From IMG/VR virus record IMGVR_UViG_3300045988_121005: 64,000 nt of DNA, one strand, 5' to 3'. The notes beneath the pieces were generated by a model, which was not told the origin of the DNA, did not search any database, and saw nothing but the letters and a program-made list of their open reading frames with translations. The translations under genes were made by a program, and so were the position numbers. Below, piece after piece: positions 10,301-18,502 of this stretch; position 1 is the first letter of the stretch, and every line of letters begins with the position of its first letter. Source of the stretch: a virus.

Positions 10301-10810
10301 AATAAAGATAATATGAATGAGGTAGAGAAAACCAATATAAAACGTCTCAGTGTCTATGCCGGCACGTTCCTTATCATGCAAGCCGTATCCATGCTTCTTG
10401 CCGGATGGCGTGATGATGATGAAAACGAAGAAAGTTGGCTTACTCAATTTGGATCCTATGTCGGATTCAGAACCATAAACGAAATAGCTTCACAGATGCC
10501 GTTTATTATGGAGCTTAACGTGGTAGATATCATTAACGATCCGTTTGTTATGGGGCGAAAACTGAAGGATCTTACCGATCTTAGGAATTATTCACTTGAT
10601 AAAGTAACATCCGGTACATACAAGGGAGAGTCTAAGTTATTTAGGCAACTCGCCAAACAGACGTTTATCAAACAATGGTATAACATCAAGACGCCGGAAG
10701 ACATAGCGCGCGCCTATAATTGGTGGCAGCAGACAAACAACAAGTCAATGATGTTCTTCATCGGCGCCACTCCTGATTCGGAAGGAGACGATGATGTTAG
10801 TTACAAATAG
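4388..10810 (+). CDS. Giant multidomain protein (2140 aa); function unknown.
   Basis: Uninterrupted 6.4-kb ORF with its own promoter-like box and a downstream terminator. It contains long coiled-coil and acidic segments. No catalytic motif was recognised with confidence. Confidence 0.85.
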   Translation: MVSTCIIKRDNKKKVVSVSTRSGDRSMLFDKIASIPLMENRERATTVFKTVFSNKFLKDFGDWRKRVPINKPAYNKVKSNIDLIPEAYRERVLDKASKMSNPVLVSKSDATYGIQESGFGFYSQDLGDNIMLVDAMIPSSISVPEEPGIDAGQYLQDAISSDFTPVSVVQDKGVNYMVIKDGLKIFSPEELPETDSNPVGVTYQTGEPRLFFMNDRSQLFEDYGEALRSGGNDIRIGFLSGTVQESTVDGVADITYKAGKYVLNNPKSFIPVMTASASTSLSTKGGIINYLIKKGLLSGSKIFDSETRSYYLTGEGYTGQIRLFNSALSYTELRNHFGSDVSMNDQGMITISSLDNSKVTMRLATGGTERVSREQIKNDLKSGRYNELDAKYDHFDALVVSFILEDNDLYADTKAKIVSDYSRQERDQRNSIVEILKTLGVSVIGMTDYIEKYQTKYGHEPSAKALADIANNVIAVGEDATLSDLVEETAHFLVEAYRDQNAVEAVLQDVEGTEEWNQYAGQYYNTYGKVYEGAELDNAVRREILGKILAREMQTGTAQAPVEPTSFLGRVRRLFSGIVSWLKSALSTQRQDLNNVIKNIRDLAITDIDKGFDTSLLKDNDFTLYSLSSMNKNKFLESKIRSLRKTLRDLRQISSDRAVTTSMTLAQLKTIEDKINKVETEIDKNEMAAAMNSMISTAEAQVRYLSNVVNTILHGDTKDGKLHFNTNDRKNVDIINNQVLPIMNDLRGYIRNRSTEFDEREKQDYTNRINTVIADINGIQSDIKSVQDLDESTLLDKLMNELHVPADKVKRVKEFFDKVQHDVSWISRWFGILEHSSSPFNNALGAMIAKDNYNAMVNAQPAISDFLAYAKKHGFNKSEFEKLLQKVDGKTSNYLRSALDMAKYDRNKKLAQMRAFATAMNIEISEEEIGDVVDNNRNYVFKREVVDKDGNTVTENAKFKPSSDRVNTDIFTIEQEKIYTEQMEKWDAENSELEFSESYATRMESIYKKAEEELGHPVSQTTKEYLNALSRQKRILRQPFIDSGGNFDEVAYYKSSNYEEEGLLRKQRKEAASEYIYVGTRRVEKTGDQLKMAKEIQAINEVWRKESNNVTNAVSESFLERLRTIQRESGGEAALKTLMLGGHLSFNDRFWNDVESEQSARTESNNKASYLKMAHDIISSTTSDRDATDVDSIVKDIEKNKAIIKEIIGNNRDVADIGEINEATFTSSERDAFRAASETIEADYAILIDYAKMVGLEDIDKYLTKSSKAENEVNQSYLNALADSKEVEWKFVQRHTTAKKAKRIQALRDKLFKAADNRYLFTVSETNYLSEKLGISKELDGRDFKNAVNAKMASLFLNNTREEGIEEANAIVNEFARSQVFSYYKRMAPTGYAAMIDKIGRGEIDVAQMVKDVQNGTSTQDYGMDISYLSFDPARAWVAESEAENSGRNPDYVKDHGYGHRMPKKSLYRDESYFNDFGIKYDADGNEVATKNVEQWNMIQKLKEIKRQSLDLYKEQSPNLYAIPQISKQDIERIEGLGISLKSTVRNFVSDLCLDRVDDSLYGKTRQGEVYDPEDRVRSIPKYYIYELENQDDVSHDFGYSYSMLMMQSSLYNEKQKSIELAQGLEQMLLNKQFEGGKKAEATQAYQMFRDFFNDHYYGIRMNTKKLTVNIGGYTVDLTRIMMAVERFMSVMNLALSPFVAATGALTGHINLIMESAVGQYISKDSLKYASAEFSRLAPSCIAETGDIDRKSKLYVIGERMGIFNIRNRMYGAGYNRVARTLMRSPMYAFMEILNYPLDPQVMIATMDNVRYYKGRFYTFQDFKMEKERNKEQSTIKREWNALKDRTLWSMVDVVDGKVVVKPGSGVTVEEVETQMAITRNQVRSLSQICNGSLNEENRTAASRNWIARFMTAHRGWLVLAAQRLWKRRGFNFQTMQEEEGLSITLKNMIAKTFSLASESGMKNIIDAWNENKDNMNEVEKTNIKRLSVYAGTFLIMQAVSMLLAGWRDDDENEESWLTQFGSYVGFRTINEIASQMPFIMELNVVDIINDPFVMGRKLKDLTDLRNYSLDKVTSGTYKGESKLFRQLAKQTFIKQWYNIKTPEDIARAYNWWQQTNNKSMMFFIGATPDSEGDDDVSYK

Positions 10811-10936
10811 ACGAAGAATATCGGACTTGCATTGTTTTTGTATGATTCCAATATGTTATATTAGCATCGTCAAAGAGTAGATTGTACGTTTTTTGTTCTT
10901 ACTTGAAAGATTATGTAGGTTAAATTTTTTCTGAAA

Positions 10937-11323
10937 TTGTTTTCTTACCGGTTCTCAGTCAGAGATGATAGGGAACCGGTTTTTTTTATGTTGTCAATTA
11001 TTGCTATCTTGCAAACAAAAATCATGAGACGAAGATTTCAAATAGGGATGGGGGTAAATCCCTCGCTTATAATCAATAAAGGCATATACATCCAACATGT
11101 AGATGGAGGATTATATACAAAAGAAAATTGGTCTAATAAAGGATATTCCAATGATCTATGCAATGGAATAGCTCTTGTAGATAAAGTGTGTTTTGTTATA
11201 GCCACCGAATATATTGGCACATTTAGTTGGGGTAAGGATGGAAGAGTAGACAATGTATTTGCACAAACAAGTACAAGGAGTAATCCACGTTATGTCCGCC
11301 CCTTTACCGAATTAATTTTATGA
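10937..11323 (+). CDS. Hypothetical protein; the true start is probably the internal ATG at 11024 (MRRRFQ...).
   Basis: The N-terminal part of the ORF overlaps the terminator. The start context ATGAGACGAAGATTT is nearly identical to that of the next gene. Confidence 0.5.
   Translation: MFSYRFSVRDDREPVFFMLSIIAILQTKIMRRRFQIGMGVNPSLIINKGIYIQHVDGGLYTKENWSNKGYSNDLCNGIALVDKVCFVIATEYIGTFSWGKDGRVDNVFAQTSTRSNPRYVRPFTELIL
10953..10989 (+). terminator. Rho-independent terminator.
   Basis: CCGGUUCUC...GGGAACCGG stem followed by T8. Confidence 0.6.
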
Positions 11324-11327
11324 AATT

Positions 11328-12065
11328 ATGAGAAGAAGATTTGAAAATAATGCTAAACTATATGAGTATAAGATAGTTAGCAATTGTATAGGGGGGGGGG
11401 TAATCGTAGAAAGAAAGAAAGTAGGCACCATTCCACAGGGCGGGCAATTTATCTTTCTGTCTAAAAAAGAACGGCTGGATTCCATAAGTGTCCAAGGCGG
11501 TGTTCCAATGGAAGATAGGCAAGAGATCGATAGTCAGGTTGATACGACAGAGGAATTGCTTGAGCAGGATTCGGTGGTTCTTGCTATTGCTTTAACAACC
11601 TCTCCTTATTATGGATTTAGAGTAAGTGTGATAGCACCTGATGAGTTTACGCTAAGAACAACCAATAGGATTAATAGAACCTTTTTAATAACAAGCTTTA
11701 CTCCACCTGCTGCTATATACGGTGTAAACTTTGGTGATCCTATTGTCCTTAATTATGATAGTTACCAATATAAGATGCCAGATCTTGTAATTGATGGACC
11801 TCATGATAGAATAGTTAGGGCAGATCCTAATCTTACTTGGGGTGTAGGATGTACAGACGCCGACTTTAAACCTTTGCCATATCCAGAATCATGGTATGGC
11901 CAAGGTTTAAATTCTGTGTTCTTATCAGATATGAAACATCTTGCTCCTGGTGATCATCATGTATCATATACAGCTTATATTCATTTGGACTTGATAAATG
12001 ATGGCGGAAGTAAAGTTCATACTGAATATCTGATATTAGAAAAAACACTTAATTTTACGATATGA
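11328..12065 (+). CDS. Hypothetical protein (245 aa) containing a G10 homopolymer.
   Basis: ORF starting MRRRFENN. GGGGGGGGGG at 11391-11400 is in frame (encoding IGGGVIV). Confidence 0.6.
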   Translation: MRRRFENNAKLYEYKIVSNCIGGGVIVERKKVGTIPQGGQFIFLSKKERLDSISVQGGVPMEDRQEIDSQVDTTEELLEQDSVVLAIALTTSPYYGFRVSVIAPDEFTLRTTNRINRTFLITSFTPPAAIYGVNFGDPIVLNYDSYQYKMPDLVIDGPHDRIVRADPNLTWGVGCTDADFKPLPYPESWYGQGLNSVFLSDMKHLAPGDHHVSYTAYIHLDLINDGGSKVHTEYLILEKTLNFTI

Positions 12066-12154
12066 CAACAATCCCCAACCGTACGCCTATTGTATGGTTG
12101 GGGATTGTTGTAGTTACCATCTTTTCTTGTATAAGCAGAACATGAAATAAGTTT

Positions 12155-12643
12155 CTAAGCATTAACTTCATGACCTCCCCTATCTGTGAAAACTAAACCA
12201 ATACCTTCTATGATATGTCCTACTACAGGAGCTTTGTCAAATTCCTCCTTCGTAGCCCAAGTAGCATTATCAGGCATAAGATCCTTGAATGCGTCCGAAA
12301 CATCACCTTGACACCAGCAGTTATTTGATGTAACAATGCCTTTCCCTTCGATATTGATATACATTTTTCTTCCACCACATCCAAGGCTGTTCCATCCGCT
12401 CGGTACGTTTTCCACCATAGGCTTAAGCACCCAGCTTACACCGTCTATCCTAACCCATCCAGGATCGTCTTTGTGCTTGTCGTACAAGTTTTGCCAAAAA
12501 GAGCATTCGTAGCACCATCCCCTGTCTTCCATGACAGTTCTTATCTCACTCCTTTCAAATCCATCTGCATCCATCGTGTGCGGAGAATGAGGCTGGTGAG
12601 GGGTGCCACATTTTGGACATATGAGTTTTAAATTCTTTTCCAT
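12155..12643 (-). CDS. Hypothetical protein with an N-terminal zinc ribbon.
   Basis: CPKCGTPHQPH...CYEC. Confidence 0.55.
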   Translation of the reverse strand: MEKNLKLICPKCGTPHQPHSPHTMDADGFERSEIRTVMEDRGWCYECSFWQNLYDKHKDDPGWVRIDGVSWVLKPMVENVPSGWNSLGCGGRKMYINIEGKGIVTSNNCWCQGDVSDAFKDLMPDNATWATKEEFDKAPVVGHIIEGIGLVFTDRGGHEVNA

Positions 12644-12644
12644 A

Positions 12645-12881
12645 TTATTTAACTTTTACGATCTTAATAGAATCTCCGATATTGTATTCCCCTTGGTATC
12701 CAACGAATTTTATAAGCCTATTATTATAAAGTATTGAAATTCTTTCGTCTTTACCATAATACATTATACATCCATCTTCTAAAGGACGTAGATCATATAT
12801 AACCCATCCGTTATTAACCTGACTATCATCATGCGAACATGATGATAACACAAGTGCCATCAATAAAATAAAATACCTCAT
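12645..12881 (-). CDS. Small lipoprotein.
   Basis: Signal peptide with an LSSC lipobox (MRYFILLMALVLSSCSHDD). Confidence 0.55.
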   Translation of the reverse strand: MRYFILLMALVLSSCSHDDSQVNNGWVIYDLRPLEDGCIMYYGKDERISILYNNRLIKFVGYQGEYNIGDSIKIVKVK

Positions 12882-12888
12882 ATTATTT

Positions 12889-13080
12889 TCAACATAAAAA
12901 TTTATAACCTGTTTTTACAGCTTCCGCTTCTTCTCTCGTATCAAACATTAAGGTAGTGACAGCTCCTATGCCACAACAAACGTAAGATACTTTCACCCAC
13001 CACCTAAAAATCCCAGAGCCATAATCATCATAGTACGGCTCGGAAAGAATCTCTTCTACATACCCATCCAAATAATTCAC
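12889..13080 (-). CDS. Hypothetical small membrane protein.
   Basis: Hydrophobic stretch VCCGIGAVTTLMF. Confidence 0.4.
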   Translation of the reverse strand: MNYLDGYVEEILSEPYYDDYGSGIFRWWVKVSYVCCGIGAVTTLMFDTREEAEAVKTGYKFLC

Positions 13081-13316
13081 GATCGCTCCTCCTTATTTTT
13101 ATATTCTGCCTCTTCGAGTATGCTGATCACCTTATCAACAATATCCGAATCAGACATTTTCTCAATAAAAACATCCATTGCCTTAGTTATGTCATTGGCT
13201 TCTTTTTCTTCAAGAGCAATCTCTCCACCGGTAATAGCATCAGATAATGATGTAGATAAGTGTCTTATCTTATCAATGCTCATAAACGTAAATGGATTAC
13301 CACCCCCAGCCTCCAC
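13077..13316 (-). CDS. Hypothetical acidic protein.
   Basis: ORF; 4-nt overlap. Confidence 0.45.
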   Translation of the reverse strand: MEAGGGNPFTFMSIDKIRHLSTSLSDAITGGEIALEEKEANDITKAMDVFIEKMSDSDIVDKVISILEEAEYKNKEERS

Positions 13317-13800
13317 CCATTTCTTTCATAATCTGATATCCACCTGAAATAAGTCTGCCTGATGTCGTGGCCAAGGAGGATACGATTAGGGACAGTACCG
13401 CCACCTCCGTCCGCTCCTCGGACACGCCCTTCGACCACACGGCTGCCCTTATAGCGCCGGCCAGGTCGTCTATGTATGGCATGAGGCAATCTTCCATCGC
13501 TTGTGTTATATCAGCTATAACCTCACTACGCTCTTTATTTATGTAGTAGATAGAAGCATTGTACCTCTTTATCTCTTTGTCCATGTCATTTAAAAGACGC
13601 TTGATATTGTGCTTATACATAGGACTGGTTTTAATTACCTCCTTTAGCTTAAGAATGTAATTATAAGCCTGGTCGTTTACGAACAATGTCATGGTCTCAA
13701 CCGTTGAATGAAGCGTGTTAAGACTGTTAAGAATCTTATCGAAATTATTTATCAAATAAGCTTTTCTGGCTTTTGCTGCGTAATTAATCATCGCATTCAA
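13297..13800 (-). CDS. Hypothetical protein (167 aa).
   Basis: ORF. Confidence 0.5.
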   Translation of the reverse strand: MNAMINYAAKARKAYLINNFDKILNSLNTLHSTVETMTLFVNDQAYNYILKLKEVIKTSPMYKHNIKRLLNDMDKEIKRYNASIYYINKERSEVIADITQAMEDCLMPYIDDLAGAIRAAVWSKGVSEERTEVAVLSLIVSSLATTSGRLISGGYQIMKEMGGGWGW

Positions 13801-14314
13801 ATTTTAGATTTTCAAGTTCATTCAATTGTTTCTTAATAGATTCGATCAGGTGCGCTCTCCGTTCCTCTGCATGTTTTAAAGCTTCTTCTTTGCTCTCAAA
13901 AGCATCCCTTCCTATTTCATAAGGAGTGAACCTGTCAGGAATGTCAGCTAACAAAAGACCACCATACTCTTCTATTTTAGCTTTTACTTTTCTTATTATA
14001 CCGTCTCTCAGGCACGCATCCGTAACCCATATAAATCTATCGCATTCTTCTAATTCCCTTTCGTACAATTCATACCATTCCGGCTTAGGAAATCTTAATG
14101 TGAATCTAATTTCGGTATCTTTCTCTAAGACATTAATATCATATGCTTTCGGCCACAGTTCTTTTATGCTGTCTTCATCTTCAGCATACGCCACCAATAC
14201 AAATGAATTACTGGATTCTGCACTACACCAATACGGATATTTTATGGGCCATTTGACTGGACGGTAATCATTGTCACAGTCGTCTTTTCTAATATAAAAT
14301 CTTGCTCTGATCAT
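13784..14314 (-). CDS. Hypothetical protein (176 aa).
   Basis: ORF. Confidence 0.55.
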   Translation of the reverse strand: MIRARFYIRKDDCDNDYRPVKWPIKYPYWCSAESSNSFVLVAYAEDEDSIKELWPKAYDINVLEKDTEIRFTLRFPKPEWYELYERELEECDRFIWVTDACLRDGIIRKVKAKIEEYGGLLLADIPDRFTPYEIGRDAFESKEEALKHAEERRAHLIESIKKQLNELENLKFECDD

Positions 14315-14315
14315 G

Positions 14316-14624
14316 TTATTCTACTTTTTTGATTTCACTCAAATCGCCTTCATACACCAAATAAGATCCTCTTCCAGGTCTTCCTTCTTTATTAACTTCC
14401 TGGATTGTAAATATAACTGTTCCAGTACTCATGATTTGAACGCTCTTGAAGAAACCAACAAGAGGTACTTTCGAACGTTTGTAAAGAACGTTCACTTTAT
14501 CTCCCTTCTTGAATCCATAAACAGAATCGAAATATTCCTTTTTAATTCTTTCAATATTACTTCTATGTTTGTTCATTGCATCAAGCTCTGTGTCTAACAG
14601 TTGAATCATTTGTTCTTTTGTCAT
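14316..14624 (-). CDS. Hypothetical protein (102 aa).
   Basis: ORF; coupled to its neighbours. Confidence 0.5.
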   Translation of the reverse strand: MTKEQMIQLLDTELDAMNKHRSNIERIKKEYFDSVYGFKKGDKVNVLYKRSKVPLVGFFKSVQIMSTGTVIFTIQEVNKEGRPGRGSYLVYEGDLSEIKKVE

Positions 14625-15178
14625 TTCTTTTCCTCCTTATTTAATGGTATTAATCCTTTCCCGTGCTTATCATACCACAGCATAGCTATACAATTCCATG
14701 CACATTGTGCAAGATGAAAAGCTCCTGTATCTGAGTCTATTCTTTCCCCTTTCATGTATTCCATTAGGTGTCTGGCAGCCGCAGCACGATACCGTTCAAA
14801 CCCATTGTCAAGGTTCTGCCATTTATTGGGTCCGTACTTCTTGGCGCCAGCATGATAGACTCTTACAATGTCTTCAATCTCCTCCATTGGAAGCAAGTCC
14901 CATCGTAGTTTGTCGTCTATGATGTCATTCTTCACCGATTTATTTTCTACGGGGTCTTTGGAAAGAATAATATCCATAATATCCGTTTCTATGACGAACG
15001 TCTCCCCATTACAACAAACCTCAGCATATTTATCATTTACTTCTATGTCTGATACTGCCTCCGCTATAGCTCCTTTGGCTATTTTAAATTCTGCACTGAT
15101 TATATCATCTTTCAATATGCGAAAAATAGATCCTTTTGGATAAAGGATATTTTTAGTGTTATCATCCATCTTTTCCAT
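14621..15178 (-). CDS. Hypothetical protein; possibly nucleotide-binding.
   Basis: Conserved-looking C-terminal block VYHAGAKKYGPNKWQN...DSDTGAFHLAQCAWN. No confident family assignment. Confidence 0.55.
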   Translation of the reverse strand: MEKMDDNTKNILYPKGSIFRILKDDIISAEFKIAKGAIAEAVSDIEVNDKYAEVCCNGETFVIETDIMDIILSKDPVENKSVKNDIIDDKLRWDLLPMEEIEDIVRVYHAGAKKYGPNKWQNLDNGFERYRAAAARHLMEYMKGERIDSDTGAFHLAQCAWNCIAMLWYDKHGKGLIPLNKEEKK

Positions 15179-15230
15179 TGTTTTATCGTTGTTTTACCTC
15201 ATTTCTATAGTAATATAATCCATCTTCGTC

Positions 15231-15518
15231 TTACACTCTATCATTCCTGTTATTCTCAAAATATTGTCTTACGGCTTCAATCGCCTTATCGTCATCAAAA
15301 ACCTCTACAAATTCCTCATAGAATCTATTTCGTTCCATAGAGAACGTGTTGCTTCCTTCCGGAATGGTCCTGAATACAACTACCTTCTCTCCATCTACGT
15401 TCGTTCCTATGATGTTATTGTGAAGAATAATAGAATACCGCCCAGAGTTTTTGTTCTGGACGACACTATGTTCGAGATTGTAGAGTCTAAGTAGTTCTCT
15501 TATTTCTTTTACTCCCAT
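15231..15518 (-). CDS. Hypothetical protein (95 aa).
   Basis: ORF. Confidence 0.5.
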   Translation of the reverse strand: MGVKEIRELLRLYNLEHSVVQNKNSGRYSIILHNNIIGTNVDGEKVVVFRTIPEGSNTFSMERNRFYEEFVEVFDDDKAIEAVRQYFENNRNDRV

Positions 15519-15519
15519 A

Positions 15520-16287
15520 TTATTTTACGTTTTTAGAAGTTACAGCCTCTTCTCCCCATTTCTTTACATATATAGATCTCATCATGTTCATTAAATTAGA
15601 GAAAGAAGAGATGGTTCCCATCTCTATGCAGAATGCAAGATTAGACTGTAGGGTTTCAAGTTCTTTCAACTGCTCCTGTGTAGCCCTATTTCTTATCATG
15701 CTTTCATGCTCATTAAATACAATCCAATTTAAGCCTTTAGCCATCTTGGAGTAATCGGCATCCGGAAATCTTGATATAGCTCTTGACAAGACATTGTATT
15801 TATCACCTGCCTCTATTCGGTTTAAGATAAGCTTATCTGTTAACCACGTAACAACCTCAGCATACAACATAGGGTTTAGTTCCATAGCTACAAGCACCCA
15901 TATATATGGATTACACATAGTTCTCCTATTCTCTCCTCTACCCATTGTCTTATAAGCTCCCATTTTTTTCATCACTTTTATAAGTGACTCTTTTTCAACA
16001 GATTGTATAAAACCAGGAAATCCTGATTCTATCTTATATCCTTGTTTTTCAAGGATATAGTAAACACGTTCCGCACTCTCCTTATTAGATAGGATATTCT
16101 CTATTCTCTTTTCATTCCACCCCATCTCAACCCTCTTCTTCGTATAGGCTTCCTGAAGGTCTGTTAAGGACATAAACGAAGTTTTAGTGTCCTGCTTAAT
16201 TATTACGCCAAATAATTCTCGGTCTTTTGATACCATTGTAACATTTGTTTTCATAAAATATAACACATAAAAAATAATACGATACAA
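15520..16287 (-). CDS. KilA-N-like DNA-binding domain protein (tentative).
   Basis: The central segment NPYIWVLVAMELNPMLYAEVVTWL resembles the KilA-N C-terminal motif. The true start is probably downstream, at MVSKDRE. Confidence 0.4.
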   Translation of the reverse strand: MYRIIFYVLYFMKTNVTMVSKDRELFGVIIKQDTKTSFMSLTDLQEAYTKKRVEMGWNEKRIENILSNKESAERVYYILEKQGYKIESGFPGFIQSVEKESLIKVMKKMGAYKTMGRGENRRTMCNPYIWVLVAMELNPMLYAEVVTWLTDKLILNRIEAGDKYNVLSRAISRFPDADYSKMAKGLNWIVFNEHESMIRNRATQEQLKELETLQSNLAFCIEMGTISSFSNLMNMMRSIYVKKWGEEAVTSKNVK

Positions 16288-16351
16288 AAATATGTATCGT
16301 ATTATATCTATACAAATATATTGTGTTAAATTTTATGGTTGTATTTTTATA

Positions 16352-16714
16352 TTATGCGCCTATGGCTGCCTCTAAATTTCCTATAATATCAGTTTCTATC
16401 TCATCGATTTTATCATCAATGGTTGAAACCGCATTCTCTAAATCCCCTACAATACTTTCCATATCATCAACAACCGCCTCCATATTAGCTACAGCCTCAT
16501 CTGATTGATAATATCTTTCTGTATCTTGTAACGACTCCGGCATATTGTCTCTTGATTCTGTCTCTTCATCTAAAATCATATCAACATCATCCTTGGCTGA
16601 ATCCAAATTATGCCTAACCTCTGACAGCTTTGATTTGATAAACTCAAGATCTGTTTTATGCTTTTCCAAATTGGAAATAATATCCTCTATTTTCTTACGT
16701 CTTTTGCTGTTCAT
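16352..16714 (-). CDS. Hypothetical acidic coiled-coil protein.
   Basis: ORF. Confidence 0.5.
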   Translation of the reverse strand: MNSKRRKKIEDIISNLEKHKTDLEFIKSKLSEVRHNLDSAKDDVDMILDEETESRDNMPESLQDTERYYQSDEAVANMEAVVDDMESIVGDLENAVSTIDDKIDEIETDIIGNLEAAIGA

Positions 16715-18132
16715 GCTTTTATCCTATTATAATATTCGATAATCTTTTCTTTCCTATCTCCCGGTTTTACCGCCATATTCTCAGCCAGGAACCTAAAATA
16801 TGAAACCGGTATGTCTTTAAATCTAATTCCTTCATATTTTCCAAACCACATTATTATACTGTCAAGATCGTCTTCTCTCCTACCATCTCCATTCACAGAT
16901 TTAAGCGAGGCTGCCCTACGAAGGATCTCGTCTTTGGTAATAATATCCCCCATCCTTATATTGGACAGAAGCTGATTGCCGGCAAACATACACCAACCCT
17001 TAGAAGGGAATTGCTCGATTGTCAGGTCTTCTATCCGACCGAAACGCCTCATGTTGTCGCAGCAGTCAACAATCAGCGCCTCTTTCTTATCAGGATGAAT
17101 ACGAACGCACCTGCCGAGCACCTGGTAATATGTTGAATATGAGAATGTTGGTCTTCCAAACATCACACAATCAAGTTCGGGAAAATCAAATCCGGTAGCA
17201 AGCGTTGAATAATTAAACACGACCTTTAACTTACCTTCTTTGAAATCGGATATAATTTGCTCTCTTTTCTTTTTGGTTGTTAGCGATGTTACGACACCTG
17301 TTATGGCTCCCATCCTGGCATTCATAAACTCGGATATCCTATTACATGATTCTATAGAATCCATGCATACTAAAATGGCCTTACGCTCGTTCATAAGCTG
17401 AAGAAGACGCTTATAGATAGAGTTGTTTAAGCCGTTTCGTACAATACTTTCTTTAATAGATTCGTTGGTGTATTCGGCTCCGGTACTGTTTAACATCAGA
17501 GCCGATTCATCAAAAGACCATCGTTCGTACTTAAGTGGACACCAAAACCCTTGAGAAGTTAGTTCTTGTATTTGAGTCACATGAACTATTTTCTTGAAGA
17601 AGTTATGTTCGTCTTTCGTCAGCATATTGAGCTTGCTATAGTTCCCTTCCAGCATGGAGCTGTAGGTCCGGAGGCGGCAGGGAGTGGCGGTGAAGCCCAG
17701 CACCTTCGCCTCTGGAAACCCGTTCATAAACTCCATAAATTCAGAACCTTCCTCCGGGGAATACCCCGAGTGGCATTCGTCCACCAATAAGGTGTCTATC
17801 CCTATATCTTTCAACCTTGCTACGTCTTTCTTTATGCTTTTAAGTGTAGCATAAGTCATAGCCGACAGTTCCTTTATACCACATGAAGCAGAATATATAG
17901 TAGGTTTAGAACCGAATGATACGGCCTTTGCATAATTCTGCTCCAGAATCTCTTTTGAGGGCTGTAATACTAATGTCGGTCTATTTATTTCATGTGCTAT
18001 CTTGGATATCAGAAGGCTCTTTCCACATCCGCATGGAGCTACGATTATGCCAGGCTTCTTAGATCTTCCTGTAAGAAACTTAAGCCCGGCATCTACTGCC
18101 TCTTTTTGGTAAGGTCTAAGTTCAAAGCCCAT
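16711..18132 (-). CDS. SF2 DNA helicase of the UvsW/Rad25 type with a C-terminal UvsW.1-like (DUF3820-like) extension.
   Basis: LRPYQ, Walker A APCGCGKS, DEAH-type VDECH. C-terminal block MWFGKYEGIRFKDIPVSYFRFL. Confidence 0.75.
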   Translation of the reverse strand: MGFELRPYQKEAVDAGLKFLTGRSKKPGIIVAPCGCGKSLLISKIAHEINRPTLVLQPSKEILEQNYAKAVSFGSKPTIYSASCGIKELSAMTYATLKSIKKDVARLKDIGIDTLLVDECHSGYSPEEGSEFMEFMNGFPEAKVLGFTATPCRLRTYSSMLEGNYSKLNMLTKDEHNFFKKIVHVTQIQELTSQGFWCPLKYERWSFDESALMLNSTGAEYTNESIKESIVRNGLNNSIYKRLLQLMNERKAILVCMDSIESCNRISEFMNARMGAITGVVTSLTTKKKREQIISDFKEGKLKVVFNYSTLATGFDFPELDCVMFGRPTFSYSTYYQVLGRCVRIHPDKKEALIVDCCDNMRRFGRIEDLTIEQFPSKGWCMFAGNQLLSNIRMGDIITKDEILRRAASLKSVNGDGRREDDLDSIIMWFGKYEGIRFKDIPVSYFRFLAENMAVKPGDRKEKIIEYYNRIKA

Positions 18133-18499
18133 CGCAATCTATTTTACTGTTTTTTGAAAGTTCTATTATCGCCTCTTTCAACATTTCCCTTGCTTTATTC
18201 TCATTATCTTCGAGCAAGCATACACTGCACGATATGCCCATACGATCTCCATAAGCCTCGGCATTACCTAATGTGAATGCGCAGCAGTAATCATAATCCA
18301 TGTTTTTTGCTACGGCAATAAACTGATTATCTTCTATCAGTACAGCATATTCAGCATCAGTTTCACACATGATAATGGCTTTATCTTTTTTTATAGACAA
18401 TACCTTGTTTCTGAAAAGTCCGTTATAAATCCATAGTTCCTTTCCTGCATTTTTATAAAACGCAACCATATCTTCCTTGATTGTAACTTCTTTTTTCAT
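18122..18499 (-). CDS. Hypothetical protein (125 aa).
   Basis: ORF. Confidence 0.5.
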   Translation of the reverse strand: MKKEVTIKEDMVAFYKNAGKELWIYNGLFRNKVLSIKKDKAIIMCETDAEYAVLIEDNQFIAVAKNMDYDYCCAFTLGNAEAYGDRMGISCSVCLLEDNENKAREMLKEAIIELSKNSKIDCDGL

Positions 18500-18502
18500 G
18501 AC

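Noticed and set aside
5889-10447. Many 60-110-aa ORFs on both strands inside the giant gene.
   Set aside because: They are embedded in an uninterrupted 6.4-kb frame with consistent coding character, so they are treated as noise.
4388-10810. Calling the giant ORF a crAss-type virion RNA polymerase.
   Set aside because: Only a degenerate D-A-D-G-N stretch was found, with no clean DxDGD motif or other RNAP signature. It is left as function unknown.
11391-11400. The G10 tract as a pure sequencing or assembly artefact.
   Set aside because: This cannot be excluded without reads. But the tract is in frame within an ORF with a conserved start context, so it is reported as a candidate phase-variation site rather than dismissed.
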